Of a stretch of 60,130 bases of DNA, positions 14,902-23,567 are shown in pieces. Within the stretch, counting starts at the first letter, position 1, and each line of letters opens with the position of its first letter. The notes below the pieces were generated by a model that was not told the DNA's origin, ran no database searches, and was given only the letters and a program-made list of their open reading frames with translations. A program made the position numbers and the translations under genes. The stretch is from a virus. The stretch is taken from IMG/VR virus record IMGVR_UViG_3300006854_000005, one strand, 5' to 3'.

Positions 14902-15914
14902 GCAACGGAATCGGCACCAGCATCGATGGTTTCGAGCCCGCACCGGCCAGGCTTGTCGGCGAGCAGTGGGAGCGCATCGAGCGTGGCAAGCAGCGGCTGT
15001 GGTATCGCGTCAGCTTCCTCGACGACTACCTGCGCGGCATCGCGCCGAACGACCTGATCCTTCTCGGGGCGCCGAGTGGCATGGGCAAGACGGATCTGGC
15101 ATTGAACATCGCAGCGTCGAATGCGATGGAGGGAAAGCGCGTGCACTACTTCGCCCTCGAGGCCGAGCCGCGCGAGCTCGAGCGGCGCACCAAGTACGCG
15201 ATCATCTCGCGCGAGGTCCACCGCTCGAAGCATCCCGAGCGCGAGCGGTTGAACTACAGCGATTGGGTATTCGGCGATCTCGAGGACATCTGCGGCCCGT
15301 TCAACCGGATCGCGGACGATCGCATGCTCGAGATGCTCTGTGGCCTGCAGACGTACTACCGCGGCGTGCGCTTCACGACGGACCACCTGCAGAAGGCGGT
15401 GCTGGCCGTGTTCGAGCGCTCGAAGCTGATCGTCGTCGACCACCTGCACTACATCGACACCGACGACGAGAACGAGCACCGCGCGCTCGGCGACACCGTG
15501 AAGACGATACGTGACATCTCACTGCGCATCGGCGTGCCGATCATTCTCGTCGCCCACCTGCGCAAGCGCGACCCGCGCGCGAAGCAACTGATCGCGTCAC
15601 TCGACGACTTCCACGGCTCGTCGAATATCGTGAAGATCGCGACGCAGGTGATCGCGATCGAGAAAGCGACGTGCGTTGAGTCCGACAAGTGGTACGTCGC
15701 GCCGACGTTCATGAGCGTGCTCAAGGATCGTCGGGGCGGGGCGTCACCGTACGTCGCGGTTGCTCAGTATGACATTCGGACGAAGGGCTACGAACCGAAG
15801 TACTCGCTCGGCAAGATCTCCGGTCAGGAGTGGACGCCGATCGAACTCCACGACAAACCGCGCTGGGCCGAGCACTACTCGCCGGGCCAGATCGCAACAG
15901 AGAGGACGAAGTGA
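14898..15914 (+). CDS. DnaB-like replicative helicase, RecA-type ATPase domain
   Basis: Track ORF 14763..15914 trimmed to the GTG at 14898 (GTGA overlap). Walker A GAPSGMGKT, Walker B LIVVDHLHYI, and ILVAHLRK. Confidence 0.75.
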   Translation: MSNGIGTSIDGFEPAPARLVGEQWERIERGKQRLWYRVSFLDDYLRGIAPNDLILLGAPSGMGKTDLALNIAASNAMEGKRVHYFALEAEPRELERRTKYAIISREVHRSKHPERERLNYSDWVFGDLEDICGPFNRIADDRMLEMLCGLQTYYRGVRFTTDHLQKAVLAVFERSKLIVVDHLHYIDTDDENEHRALGDTVKTIRDISLRIGVPIILVAHLRKRDPRAKQLIASLDDFHGSSNIVKIATQVIAIEKATCVESDKWYVAPTFMSVLKDRRGGASPYVAVAQYDIRTKGYEPKYSLGKISGQEWTPIELHDKPRWAEHYSPGQIATERTK

Positions 15915-16510
15915 CCAAGAAACACAAACAGACCCGCCGCTCGGTATCGCTCTCGAGCGAGATCTACCAGGACGGCGTCGACTTCGCTGCGACCCACGGC
16001 ATCTCGCTGGCACAGGCCGCGGCTCGAGGTCTCCGCGCCGTGATAGACGGCGAGATTCCGCTCGGCCCGGTGATGTCGTCGTTCGACGCCGGCATCGCCA
16101 CGAAGCGGCGCCGCGGGATCGTGCCGCTCATCGAGCCGAACCCAGCGCCGACCGTCGTTCTGTCTCGCGAGGAACTGGACGCCAGATGTGCTGCGCGCGA
16201 TGCCGAGCGCAAGCGTCGCGACGAGGAGCGCGTGATCGCCGCACGGGCCGCGGCTGCGCCACCCGACGCTGGCCTATCTCGCTTTGTGGCGCTTGCCGTG
16301 TCCGATCCGACTGCGTCGCTCGTTGACGACCAGCTCGAGCGCGCCGCAGCAGACGGCGTTGCTCTGACCGACGGTGAGGTGTTCGACGGGGCAATCAATC
16401 GCATGCTGGACCAGGTCGGGCTCGAAGCAGCGGCCGGTGCGCTGTGCGCGAACTGCCTCGAGTCGGACCTGTGCCGGTGCAACGGGCACCGAAGTGCGGT
16501 GGGGCGATGA
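15911..16510 (+). CDS. hypothetical protein with ribbon-helix-helix-like N-terminus, 199 aa
   Basis: Track ORF 15830..16510 trimmed to the GTG at 15911. RRSVSLSSEIYQDGVDFAATHGISLAQAAARGL. Confidence 0.45.
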   Translation: MTKKHKQTRRSVSLSSEIYQDGVDFAATHGISLAQAAARGLRAVIDGEIPLGPVMSSFDAGIATKRRRGIVPLIEPNPAPTVVLSREELDARCAARDAERKRRDEERVIAARAAAAPPDAGLSRFVALAVSDPTASLVDDQLERAAADGVALTDGEVFDGAINRMLDQVGLEAAAGALCANCLESDLCRCNGHRSAVGR

Positions 16511-16650
16511 GAGCACCCGGTTCCGACGTCATCGCCCGCCTGTTCTGCGACGGGGCGAGCGTCTCCGATCTGTCGTACAAGTTTCGAACGAGCCCGGACG
16601 TGATCGAATCGGCGATCCGGCGGCAATTGAACAAAGCGAGGAAGCGGTGA
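16507..16650 (+). CDS. small HTH-like protein, 47 aa
   Basis: ATGA-coupled start. MRAPGSDVIARLFCDGASVSDLSYKFRTSPDVIESAIRRQL. Confidence 0.4.
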   Translation: MRAPGSDVIARLFCDGASVSDLSYKFRTSPDVIESAIRRQLNKARKR

Positions 16651-16820
16651 TCGCCCGCACCGAGAACTACGGCCACGGTTGGCGCGTCCTGCTCGACCTG
16701 GGCGGCGAGGAGTGGGTGTTCCGCATTGAGTGCGCCATCAAGCTGCGTGACGCGTTGACCGCGGCGATCGACGAGGCCGCAGCGATGTCCTGCCTTGAGC
16801 AGGCGGAGGATAAGCGATGA
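16647..16820 (+). CDS. hypothetical protein, 57 aa
   Basis: GTGA-coupled start within track ORF 16374..16820. Confidence 0.4.
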   Translation: MIARTENYGHGWRVLLDLGGEEWVFRIECAIKLRDALTAAIDEAAAMSCLEQAEDKR

Positions 16821-17068
16821 GTCAGAAGTTCAAAGTCTGGCGGACCGTCGTCGGAGACGAGGCTGTGACCGTTGAGGTCGAGGCCCACGATGCCTGGAAC
16901 GCGGCGCGGCAGTTCGCCGAGCGTGAGTGGTCAGAGGATCAGGACAACACATCTATGGAACTGGAGATCGAAGACTCGTTCGGCAAGCGGTACGAGTCCG
17001 AGGTTGAAATCGAGATGGTTCCGGACTTCGATGTGTCTCTCCGGGCGAAGAGAACCGGCCCCCCATGA
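16817..17068 (+). CDS. hypothetical acidic protein, 83 aa
   Basis: Track ORF with an ATGA-coupled start. Confidence 0.5.
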   Translation: MSQKFKVWRTVVGDEAVTVEVEAHDAWNAARQFAEREWSEDQDNTSMELEIEDSFGKRYESEVEIEMVPDFDVSLRAKRTGPP

Positions 17069-17307
17069 AACCCAGCTACTCCAAGCGCACCGTCGACGAG
17101 GCGGTGCAGTTGCTCGATGTGTATGCGAGTCAGGAACGCGGCGCTGGCTGGATGCCACTGGTCAGCGTGGGTCACGCGCTCGGTGTCCAGCGATCATCGA
17201 GGACGCTGGCCTACAAGGCGCGCGGCTTGCCATGTGCCAACCTGGAGAAGACGCGCGAGGATGCCCTCGAAGCCGCCCAGCGCCTCCGCGAAGGGTGGCG
17301 GCCGTGA
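17065..17307 (+). CDS. hypothetical protein, 80 aa
   Basis: Track ORF with an ATGA-coupled start. Confidence 0.5.
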   Translation: MKPSYSKRTVDEAVQLLDVYASQERGAGWMPLVSVGHALGVQRSSRTLAYKARGLPCANLEKTREDALEAAQRLREGWRP

Positions 17308-17567
17308 GCGACGCTCCGACTCATCCAGTGCAGACCGAGTGCTGCGGCCGTGGCGGGATGTGCGCGCAGTCGGTCACGCTCGCTGCGTACGAGGTGTACT
17401 CGCACGTGTATGGACCGCAGAGTGCGTTGATTGAGGATGGGTGCCGAGGCGGCCTCGGAATCGGAGAGTTGGTCGCGTTTCTCTACGCACGGTCGTTCCC
17501 GAGGGCCGAATGGCGCGCCCGCGTCGAAGAGGCGCTCAGTGGGATGAGTCTCGGGAGGCGCCGATGA
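17304..17567 (+). CDS. hypothetical protein, 87 aa
   Basis: GTGA-coupled start within track ORF 16872..17567. Confidence 0.45.
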   Translation: MSDAPTHPVQTECCGRGGMCAQSVTLAAYEVYSHVYGPQSALIEDGCRGGLGIGELVAFLYARSFPRAEWRARVEEALSGMSLGRRR

Positions 17568-17782
17568 CCCCCGGCGAACGCTCACTCTGGCGCGCCGTGT
17601 ACGCCGCGTCGTGGCATCAGTCGACCGGCTCTCCAGCGTGGGGCGTCGTCGGTGATGGCGAACGGGCAGCGTGGTGCGCGAAGCAGGCGGGTCGAGCACT
17701 CGAAGCGCTCCGCATGTTCGCGCGGATCCCGGCCGGGCCAGACTTCCACGCTCCAGCACAAGCGGCCGAGGTGCTCGAGTGA
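17564..17782 (+). CDS. hypothetical protein, 72 aa
   Basis: ATGA-coupled start within track ORF 17441..17782. Confidence 0.45.
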   Translation: MTPGERSLWRAVYAASWHQSTGSPAWGVVGDGERAAWCAKQAGRALEALRMFARIPAGPDFHAPAQAAEVLE

Positions 17783-17979
17783 GGGTGACGTGCCCGGAGT
17801 GTCGGGGCGGGTTCGCCGTCGTTCGCGGCAAGATCGAGCGCCACACGGAGACGACGCGGACGTGGAGCCTGCCGCACGCCAACGGGTTCTGCAGCGGAGT
17901 CGACATCGAAGTTGTGTGTCCCGGGTCGGGTGCTCGCGTGCAGATCGTCGATGGACTCGATAGACGGAGGCCACGATGA
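17779..17979 (+). CDS. hypothetical zinc-ribbon protein, 66 aa
   Basis: GTGA-coupled start. CPEC...C..C.. pattern. Confidence 0.45.
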   Translation: MRVTCPECRGGFAVVRGKIERHTETTRTWSLPHANGFCSGVDIEVVCPGSGARVQIVDGLDRRRPR

Positions 17980-18413
17980 GTGGCCCATGCGTGAAGTGCG
18001 GGCACAACCCCGACGCCGAGGTCACCGCGCGCTGGGCGTTCCGGTTGGATAAGCGAATCGAGAGCGCGAACCTGTACACCGTGAACAAGGGCAACTCGAG
18101 GTGGCGCTACTCGAAGGCAAGGGACGAGTGGCAATGGCTGGTGAAGGCTGCCGTGCTTGGACTCGTCGGCAAGCTACCGTACCGGCTCGGCTATGCCCGC
18201 CCATCGAGCAAGCGCCGCGTCACGATAACGCGCCACTACGCCGGGCGGTGCAAGCTGCTCGACAAGGACAACCTCGGCGTGAAGCCGCTCGTCGATGCGT
18301 TGGTGCGCGAGGGCGTGATCCACGATGACGACGCGACGCACCTGGAGCTTCACGTCCTGCAGGTCAAGGGTGAGCGGAACGAGACGCATGTTGAAGTGGA
18401 GGAGTTGGCATGA
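17976..18413 (+). CDS. rusA: RusA-like Holliday-junction resolvase
   Basis: 145 aa. RusA-like pattern LLDKDNLGVKPLVDALVREGVIHDDD. The position after the replication genes is typical of lambdoid phages. Confidence 0.7.
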   Translation: MSGPCVKCGHNPDAEVTARWAFRLDKRIESANLYTVNKGNSRWRYSKARDEWQWLVKAAVLGLVGKLPYRLGYARPSSKRRVTITRHYAGRCKLLDKDNLGVKPLVDALVREGVIHDDDATHLELHVLQVKGERNETHVEVEELA

Positions 18414-18640
18414 AGTTCACGATCGAAGTCGAGCGAGACCCCGAGCATCCGAACCAGTGGACGTCGACATGCAAAGAGCTGGACGTGATCTCCGCGGCGA
18501 TGTCACCGGGTGGGGCGCTCGAGGCGGTCGCAGAGGCCGTTCGGATGGTGCTGACCCACGAGGTCACGCACCGCAACTCACCGAACCAGGAGTACGCGTA
18601 CGCGACGATCGCGCTCGAAGTCCTGGAGCGTCGCAGGTGA
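18410..18640 (+). CDS. hypothetical protein, 76 aa (HicB/UPF0150-like fold possible)
   Basis: Track ORF with an ATGA-coupled start. The pattern E.D.E......C.EL......G...EA...A is only suggestive. Confidence 0.3.
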   Translation: MKFTIEVERDPEHPNQWTSTCKELDVISAAMSPGGALEAVAEAVRMVLTHEVTHRNSPNQEYAYATIALEVLERRR

Positions 18641-18765
18641 CCGACTTCTCCGTCCGCTTTGGCACCGATCCGCGCTGGACGACCTGGCACGGATGGCCGC
18701 CGGCGATCGTGATGCGCGCATGGGCCGCGACCGAGCTGGCGAGGCAGATCGGGTTTGTGCCGTGA
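18637..18765 (+). CDS. hypothetical protein, 42 aa
   Basis: GTGA-coupled at both ends. Confidence 0.35.
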   Translation: MTDFSVRFGTDPRWTTWHGWPPAIVMRAWAATELARQIGFVP

Positions 18766-18977
18766 GTGACATCTACTGGCCGGTTATGTCATGGCGCGAA
18801 CGGGCGAGGTTCTACGTACTCCCGGTAGCAATCGCTAGCGCCGTCGCCGTCGCTGCGTGCCTCTTGCCGGTGCCCGGTGTGTTGGTTGGCCCCATGGTTA
18901 TCGGCGCAGGTCACGTAGCGCAGAGAGTCAACCTGAGACGGATCGCGCGAGCAGATTCCGCCAAGGAGACGCTGTGA
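18762..18977 (+). CDS. hypothetical membrane protein, 71 aa
   Basis: GTGA-coupled start. Hydrophobic stretch FYVLPVAIASAVAVAACLLPVPGVLVGPMVIGAG. Confidence 0.45.
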   Translation: MSDIYWPVMSWRERARFYVLPVAIASAVAVAACLLPVPGVLVGPMVIGAGHVAQRVNLRRIARADSAKETL

Positions 18978-19165
18978 GCAACACCCACTGCACGCACCCG
19001 AGCGTCTGCCACTACCAGGTCACGCTCAAGCCGGAGCCCGCCGACGACCTTCAGTCCGCGCTGAAGGCGCTTGTTGACGTCGTGGACCGGATCGGCGGCT
19101 ACATGTCGCCCGAGGACCAGCGCGTGCTGTGGCGGGCGCGGGTGATGGCGAGGGGTGGGAGGTGA
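18974..19165 (+). CDS. hypothetical protein, 63 aa
   Basis: GTGA-coupled start. Confidence 0.4.
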   Translation: MSNTHCTHPSVCHYQVTLKPEPADDLQSALKALVDVVDRIGGYMSPEDQRVLWRARVMARGGR

Positions 19166-19208
19166 GGACTTGGAGCGAGGCGACAGCCGAGCGTTCGGAG
19201 CCTGCGCC

Positions 19209-19379
19209 ATGACACTCGATGAGTTCGCGACGCTGGTCAGGTTGTTCGGAGACCGTGTGCGCGTTGGCCCGGAAGGTGAGGTGACGGTCGAGCGAGAAGC
19301 TCCGCCCTCTAAGGCTCCAGATGTCCTTCCGGTGACTGAGCACGGACGGCAGAAGGGCCGAGCAGACCCTGAGAGCTGA
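19209..19379 (+). CDS. hypothetical protein, 56 aa
   Basis: Track ORF 19155..19379 trimmed to MTLDEFATLV. Confidence 0.35.
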   Translation: MTLDEFATLVRLFGDRVRVGPEGEVTVEREAPPSKAPDVLPVTEHGRQKGRADPES

Positions 19380-19601
19380 ACAGGTGGGAGACGGTAGGAG
19401 CAAGTCTCTACGTACGTGATGGCCGAAAGTATCGGAGCGGCTAGTGCTGTCAGAGGGTGCCTGTTACCGCTCACAGGTGGTGGTTCTGCTATGACACAAG
19501 TGTCCGTATGGTCACGTATGGTCATTTCGTGCTAGCACTCCCCTTGCGATGACACAGGCAAAGGCCGTCGCAGCATCCAGACGCAGCAGGAGCGGCAGCT
19601 A
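19380..19601. promoter_or_regulatory. 222-bp non-coding, lower-GC, repeat-dense region at the early/late boundary (candidate late-promoter, packaging or binding-site array)
   Basis: Exact tandem CGTATGGTCA x2 (19505-19524). It is flanked by ATGACACAAG (19491-19500) and ATGACACAGG (19549-19558). Palindrome GTGCTAGCAC (19529-19538). GGAGCGGC..TAGTGC at 19434 and 19589. ACAGGTGG at 19380 and 19473. Confidence 0.5.
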
Positions 19602-20051
19602 GTGCCGGGTGGGCGCATCCGCACAGGCCTCCCTCCGGTCCCGACAATCACCCTCGAGTCGGTCACGGTCGGCCTGCACGACCTGACCAAGCAGTCGAAG
19701 ATGCTCGAGTCGATCTGCCGTCGCGTTGGGCAGCGCCTGAGTTGGTGGCTGCACCGATCGCTCGAGGACGCGAGGCGCGCAGTCCCGCCGGAGACGCCAC
19801 CGCTGCCGTCCGAGGCCTTCCTCGAGGCGTTTCGCTACTACCAGGCCGCGCTGCTTGGCCTGCTCAAAGAGCAGCGCGAGCGCGCGAAGCTGCAAGGAGA
19901 CGCGCCCACCGAGGAGCAGCTCCAGGCCCAGTTCGCCGACGAGCTCAGGCGCGCCCTCACGACCTTCACGCCCGAGGAGCGCGCGTTCGCGCTGAAGCTC
20001 TGGGAGGGCAACCAGATCCCTGCACCCGCAACCACGGAGACGCCACAGTGA
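19602..20051 (+). CDS. hypothetical protein, 149 aa; first gene after the repeat region
   Basis: Track ORF. The GTG start has GGAG 10 nt upstream, and the frame has high GC3 from the first codon. Confidence 0.5.
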   Translation: MPGGRIRTGLPPVPTITLESVTVGLHDLTKQSKMLESICRRVGQRLSWWLHRSLEDARRAVPPETPPLPSEAFLEAFRYYQAALLGLLKEQRERAKLQGDAPTEEQLQAQFADELRRALTTFTPEERAFALKLWEGNQIPAPATTETPQ

Positions 20052-20218
20052 GCACCGACGCAGACGCAGTCGCCGCACGAGCAGCGGCATGGATCGCGGC
20101 CAATCGCGAGGGCATCGAAGCGGTCGCGCGCCGCTGCGGCATGTCGATCGCGGATGTCGAGGTCGAGTACGCGAAGATGTACCGCGAGCAGATCGAGGAG
20201 CAGGCCGCCAATGCCTGA
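20048..20218 (+). CDS. hypothetical protein, 56 aa
   Basis: GTGA-coupled start. Confidence 0.4.
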   Translation: MSTDADAVAARAAAWIAANREGIEAVARRCGMSIADVEVEYAKMYREQIEEQAANA

Positions 20219-20570
20219 CCACCGCCCCCACCCGCGCCTCCGCTGGCACACCGAGGATGTCACGCGCGAGCCGATCTTCGTCGTGCCTGGCGCGTCGGTC
20301 GGCCACTCGAGCGTCGTTCCGCGCGGCAAGACCTGGGGCATCCGCGAGCGCGGCGACACGGGCAAGCTGGTGCCGCACAGCTACCGATGTCCCGAGTGCG
20401 GCCTGTTCGAGATGCGGGTTCCCGTGAGCGATGTGCCCGACGAGGTGTTCTGTCCGCTCGAGCGCCTGACCGACGATGGGTACGCGCAACGCTTCGTCTG
20501 CGGCTTCAACTCGCCCTGGGCCGGCTCGACCTGCGCGATCGGCGTGGAGTCCGGGATGGTGACGGGGTGA
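20211..20570 (+). CDS. hypothetical zinc-ribbon protein, 119 aa
   Basis: Track ORF 20154..20570 trimmed to MPDHRPH. YRCPECGLFE...FCP motif. Confidence 0.5.
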   Translation: MPDHRPHPRLRWHTEDVTREPIFVVPGASVGHSSVVPRGKTWGIRERGDTGKLVPHSYRCPECGLFEMRVPVSDVPDEVFCPLERLTDDGYAQRFVCGFNSPWAGSTCAIGVESGMVTG

Positions 20571-20764
20571 GTGAGATGAGGGGCCGCATGAAACCAGGCC
20601 GGATGTTTCTCTTCCGCTCCACTAGCGAGTGGGGACGGAGATTTGACGACGCTGAAGCGGTACTGGTGGTCGTCGATGGTAGGACCGAGGTCGATTTCTG
20701 GACCGGCGATCGGTGGCGCTGTGGCGAGGTCTGCCCGGGATCGCACTTCGAGGTGCTGGCGTGA
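20567..20764 (+). CDS. hypothetical protein, 65 aa
   Basis: GTGA-coupled start. Confidence 0.4.
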   Translation: MSEMRGRMKPGRMFLFRSTSEWGRRFDDAEAVLVVVDGRTEVDFWTGDRWRCGEVCPGSHFEVLA

Positions 20765-20919
20765 TGAAGCTGGTCATGGTCCCGGTGAAGCAGTTCGTCG
20801 AGCAGCGCTGGCGCTGGTCGTGGCGGTGGATGCGCTGGACCGTCAACACGCTCGTCGAGGACTACCGGTTCCACGGGAACGGCGCGTGCCTCGAAGGGAT
20901 GGAGCCATGGGAATCGTGA
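20761..20919 (+). CDS. hypothetical Trp/Arg-rich protein, 52 aa
   Basis: GTGA-coupled start. Confidence 0.35.
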   Translation: MMKLVMVPVKQFVEQRWRWSWRWMRWTVNTLVEDYRFHGNGACLEGMEPWES

Positions 20920-21179
20920 CCTTCGACTTCGCCAACGCACCTCGCTCGTTCTCGCAGGGCAAGCGCGTCACCCTTGATGGTGCGTTCTGGGCAGAGGGCT
21001 GCATCGGCGCCGCGCTACTCGGCCTGCCTGCGGTCCCTGTGCATCGCCTCGGGCTCGACTGGCCGCGCTGCTTCCACTCGCTGGGCGTGGCGCTCGGGCG
21101 GCATGAGGTGCGCCGACTCGAGATGCAGGTGGCGCGTGCGGGCTGGGCGACGAGCCCGCTGGCAAGGAGGCCGGCATGA
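20907..21179 (+). CDS. hypothetical protein, 90 aa
   Basis: Track ORF 20643..21179 trimmed to MGIVTFDF, with GGAG upstream. Confidence 0.45.
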   Translation: MGIVTFDFANAPRSFSQGKRVTLDGAFWAEGCIGAALLGLPAVPVHRLGLDWPRCFHSLGVALGRHEVRRLEMQVARAGWATSPLARRPA

Positions 21180-21234
21180 CCCTCCTCGAGCGCCTGCACT
21201 GGTGGCACCGTCGACTGCATCAGCGAGGTGGCAG

Positions 21235-21570
21235 GTGAAGTTCGATCGCGCATGGGCCAAGCGTCTCGTCGCATGGTCGCGGCCGTGGAACACGTTCAAG
21301 GCGGCGCCGCCGGATCCCGAGCAGCCGAGCACCGGGGCGCTCGTCCGTCTGCTCGGCGACGAGCTGGACGCCGCGATCGGCCGGCTCGACCGCGTGACGA
21401 CCGATCTGTTCCAGCTGCAGCTCGACGCCCAGCGCTGGCTGAACGAAGGCGAGGACCGCATGAATCTGCGCGCTGCCGAGTGCCGCATCGGGAAACTGGT
21501 GGCGCTGGCCCAGGATCGACCCACGCAGGACGACGAGCAGCTGCGACGCATCCGAGGGCTCAGGCCATGA
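21235..21570 (+). CDS. hypothetical protein, 111 aa
   Basis: Track ORF 20974..21570 trimmed to the GTG at 21235. Confidence 0.45.
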   Translation: MKFDRAWAKRLVAWSRPWNTFKAAPPDPEQPSTGALVRLLGDELDAAIGRLDRVTTDLFQLQLDAQRWLNEGEDRMNLRAAECRIGKLVALAQDRPTQDDEQLRRIRGLRP

Positions 21571-21866
21571 CCCACTCCCCCGATTGCGCCCTGATCCAGT
21601 ACGGCCACCTCGACCCGACCACGCTCAAGCAGCCGTTGATCTGCGACTGCAACGCGGAGGACGTCGGCGATCCGGTGCCAGGCGAGGAGCCTGTAGACGA
21701 GGCGCCCTCGAACGTGCGGCCTATCCGCTCAGGCAACGACGTCGTGCTCACGGGCGATGCGGCGCGCGCCTACCGACAGCTGCAGAAGGCCGAGCAGGCA
21801 CTGCGGGGTGCGCAGCGAAGCAAGGACGAGGCGCTCAGGGCGTTTCTCGAGGCGGTGACGAGGTGA
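21567..21866 (+). CDS. hypothetical protein, 99 aa
   Basis: ATGA-coupled start. Confidence 0.45.
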   Translation: MTHSPDCALIQYGHLDPTTLKQPLICDCNAEDVGDPVPGEEPVDEAPSNVRPIRSGNDVVLTGDAARAYRQLQKAEQALRGAQRSKDEALRAFLEAVTR

Positions 21867-22006
21867 AGGCCTCGTTCACCCGTGCAGAGATCGACGAGTC
21901 GCGCGCCCTCTGGCGCTGGTACATGTGGGTCCGCGAGTGGGGGCTCATCGGGTTCTTCGTCGCCGACACCGCCCGGCGCGAGCGCGCACTGTGGGAGCGG
22001 CCGTGA
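21863..22006 (+). CDS. hypothetical protein, 47 aa
   Basis: GTGA-coupled at both ends. Confidence 0.35.
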   Translation: MKASFTRAEIDESRALWRWYMWVREWGLIGFFVADTARRERALWERP

Positions 22007-22524
22007 TCGCCCTCTCCGAGCCCAGCCACCTGACGCCCGTCGCGCTGTCTGGCGCCCCGCTCGCCCTCCGCATCCGCCACGCGCGCCGCGACGACCCCGG
22101 CGAGATGGCCTACATCCGCTCGTCGTTCGGCGAGGGCTACAAGCAGAGCTCGAATCGCCTGTTCAAGCTGCCCTGGCCCGACTTCAAGCGCCTCGAGCGA
22201 CCCCGGCTGGACGCTGTGCTCGGTCGGGCCGACACCCAACTGCTCGTCGCGGACCTCGGCGGCGCGGTCGCGGGCTGGCTGGCGTGGTGCCCGGGCCGTC
22301 GTGTCGACACCGTGCACTGGACGCACACGCGGCTGCGCATCGGCAAGGGCGAGCTGCTGCGCAAGCGGGGCGTGATGACCGCGCTGGTGAACGCGGCGCA
22401 GCTCAAGAATCGACTGGTCTACACACATCGCGGGGCGCGTCGCTCCGACGAATGGATCGTGCCGTGGCTCGCAAGGCGCGGCGTAACCGCGGCGTATCTG
22501 CCGCTACGGGATTGGGAGGAGTGA
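22003..22524 (+). CDS. GNAT-like acetyltransferase-fold protein (tentative), 173 aa
   Basis: GTGA-coupled start. LLVADLGGAVAGWLAW followed by RKRGVMTALV resembles the GNAT beta4-alpha3 region. Confidence 0.35.
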   Translation: MIALSEPSHLTPVALSGAPLALRIRHARRDDPGEMAYIRSSFGEGYKQSSNRLFKLPWPDFKRLERPRLDAVLGRADTQLLVADLGGAVAGWLAWCPGRRVDTVHWTHTRLRIGKGELLRKRGVMTALVNAAQLKNRLVYTHRGARRSDEWIVPWLARRGVTAAYLPLRDWEE

Positions 22525-23009
22525 TGCAGTTTCTGGACGAGCGCTTGCCGCCACGCTTCTGGCGCAAGGTCGTGCCCGAGCCGATGTCGGGCTGCTGGCT
22601 ATGGACCGCAGCTGAGAGGCGTGGCGGATACGGCGGGTTCTACATCGGCCCCGGGCGGTCCATGCGAGCACACAAGATCGCCTTCGAGGAGCTTGTTGGT
22701 CCGGTCCCCGAAGGACTGGAACTTGACCATCGCTGCCGCACTCGCTGCTGCGTGAACCCAGCGCATCTCGAGCCGGTGACAAGGGTGGTGAACGTTCGCC
22801 GCGGCACTGCGCCGGCTGCGAGGCACTTCGCAAAGACCGAGTGCGTGAACGGTCACCCGTTTGACGACCGCAATACCTACCAATGGAACGGCCGGCGATT
22901 CTGCAAGGCCTGCATGAAGAAACACAGCGACGCATGGAAGTCGTCGCATCCCGACCTCGTCCGAGCGCGCGGTCGCCGGTTGCATCACGCTCGCAAGGAG
23001 ATTCAATGA
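22524..23009 (+). CDS. HNH endonuclease
   Basis: 161 aa. GYGGFYI..MRAHKIAFE..PEGLELDHRCRTRCCVNPAHLEPVT..N pattern. Confidence 0.75.
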   Translation: MQFLDERLPPRFWRKVVPEPMSGCWLWTAAERRGGYGGFYIGPGRSMRAHKIAFEELVGPVPEGLELDHRCRTRCCVNPAHLEPVTRVVNVRRGTAPAARHFAKTECVNGHPFDDRNTYQWNGRRFCKACMKKHSDAWKSSHPDLVRARGRRLHHARKEIQ

Positions 23010-23185
23010 ACGCCGAGATCGGAATCGACAAGGAGGGCCGCGCATACGTGCAGCTGACGCCGAGCAGTCAGACGGAGGCCGGAATGCTGCACCACATGCG
23101 TTCGTTCCTGCCAATCAAGACTGACGACATGTGGGAGTACCGCATCACCGGAGATCGCCTGCCCGGTTCAGGCAAGGGCGGGTGA
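23006..23185 (+). CDS. hypothetical protein, 59 aa
   Basis: ATGA-coupled start. Confidence 0.4.
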   Translation: MNAEIGIDKEGRAYVQLTPSSQTEAGMLHHMRSFLPIKTDDMWEYRITGDRLPGSGKGG

Positions 23186-23186
23186 C

Positions 23187-23567
23187 ATGAAGCTCCTCTC
23201 CATCACGCTGCCCCACATGCCGCTGTTCGGGTCCCCGTCGAACGTCAACTGCGACGCGCCGCCCGCCAACCTGAAGGGCTTCTCGATCCGAGTTCGCGGC
23301 CGCGCGGTGTTTCTCGTCTCGCCGCCCGGCTGGACGCCTGAGAAGCGACTACCAAGCCAGCGCGATGAGAAGGGTCCCCGCCGCATGTTCGGCCCATTCG
23401 AGGCTGGTGCGGAGTGCATCATGCAGTGGGACAGCGACGACATCGACGGCGCCGCGAAGTACGACGGCGAGCCGATGGGCGTGCCGGTCGAGGTGCTGAC
23501 CGACGAGGAGATGGAGCGGGCGACGGCGCCGGCCAGATCTGGAAAGCTTGGATCGGCCAGGCCATGA
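23187..23567 (+). CDS. hypothetical protein, 126 aa
   Basis: Track ORF. Confidence 0.5.
   Translation: MKLLSITLPHMPLFGSPSNVNCDAPPANLKGFSIRVRGRAVFLVSPPGWTPEKRLPSQRDEKGPRRMFGPFEAGAECIMQWDSDDIDGAAKYDGEPMGVPVEVLTDEEMERATAPARSGKLGSARP

Noticed and set aside
18410-18640. HicB-type antitoxin implying a toxin-antitoxin pair
   Set aside because: It has only a loose fold-like pattern, and no HicA-like partner ORF is adjacent. It is kept as a low-confidence annotation, not as a system.
21176-21238. 20-aa ORF (MTLLERLHWWHRRLHQRGGR) bridging two genes with ATGA and GTGA overlaps
   Set aside because: It is too short to support. It may only reflect coupling geometry.
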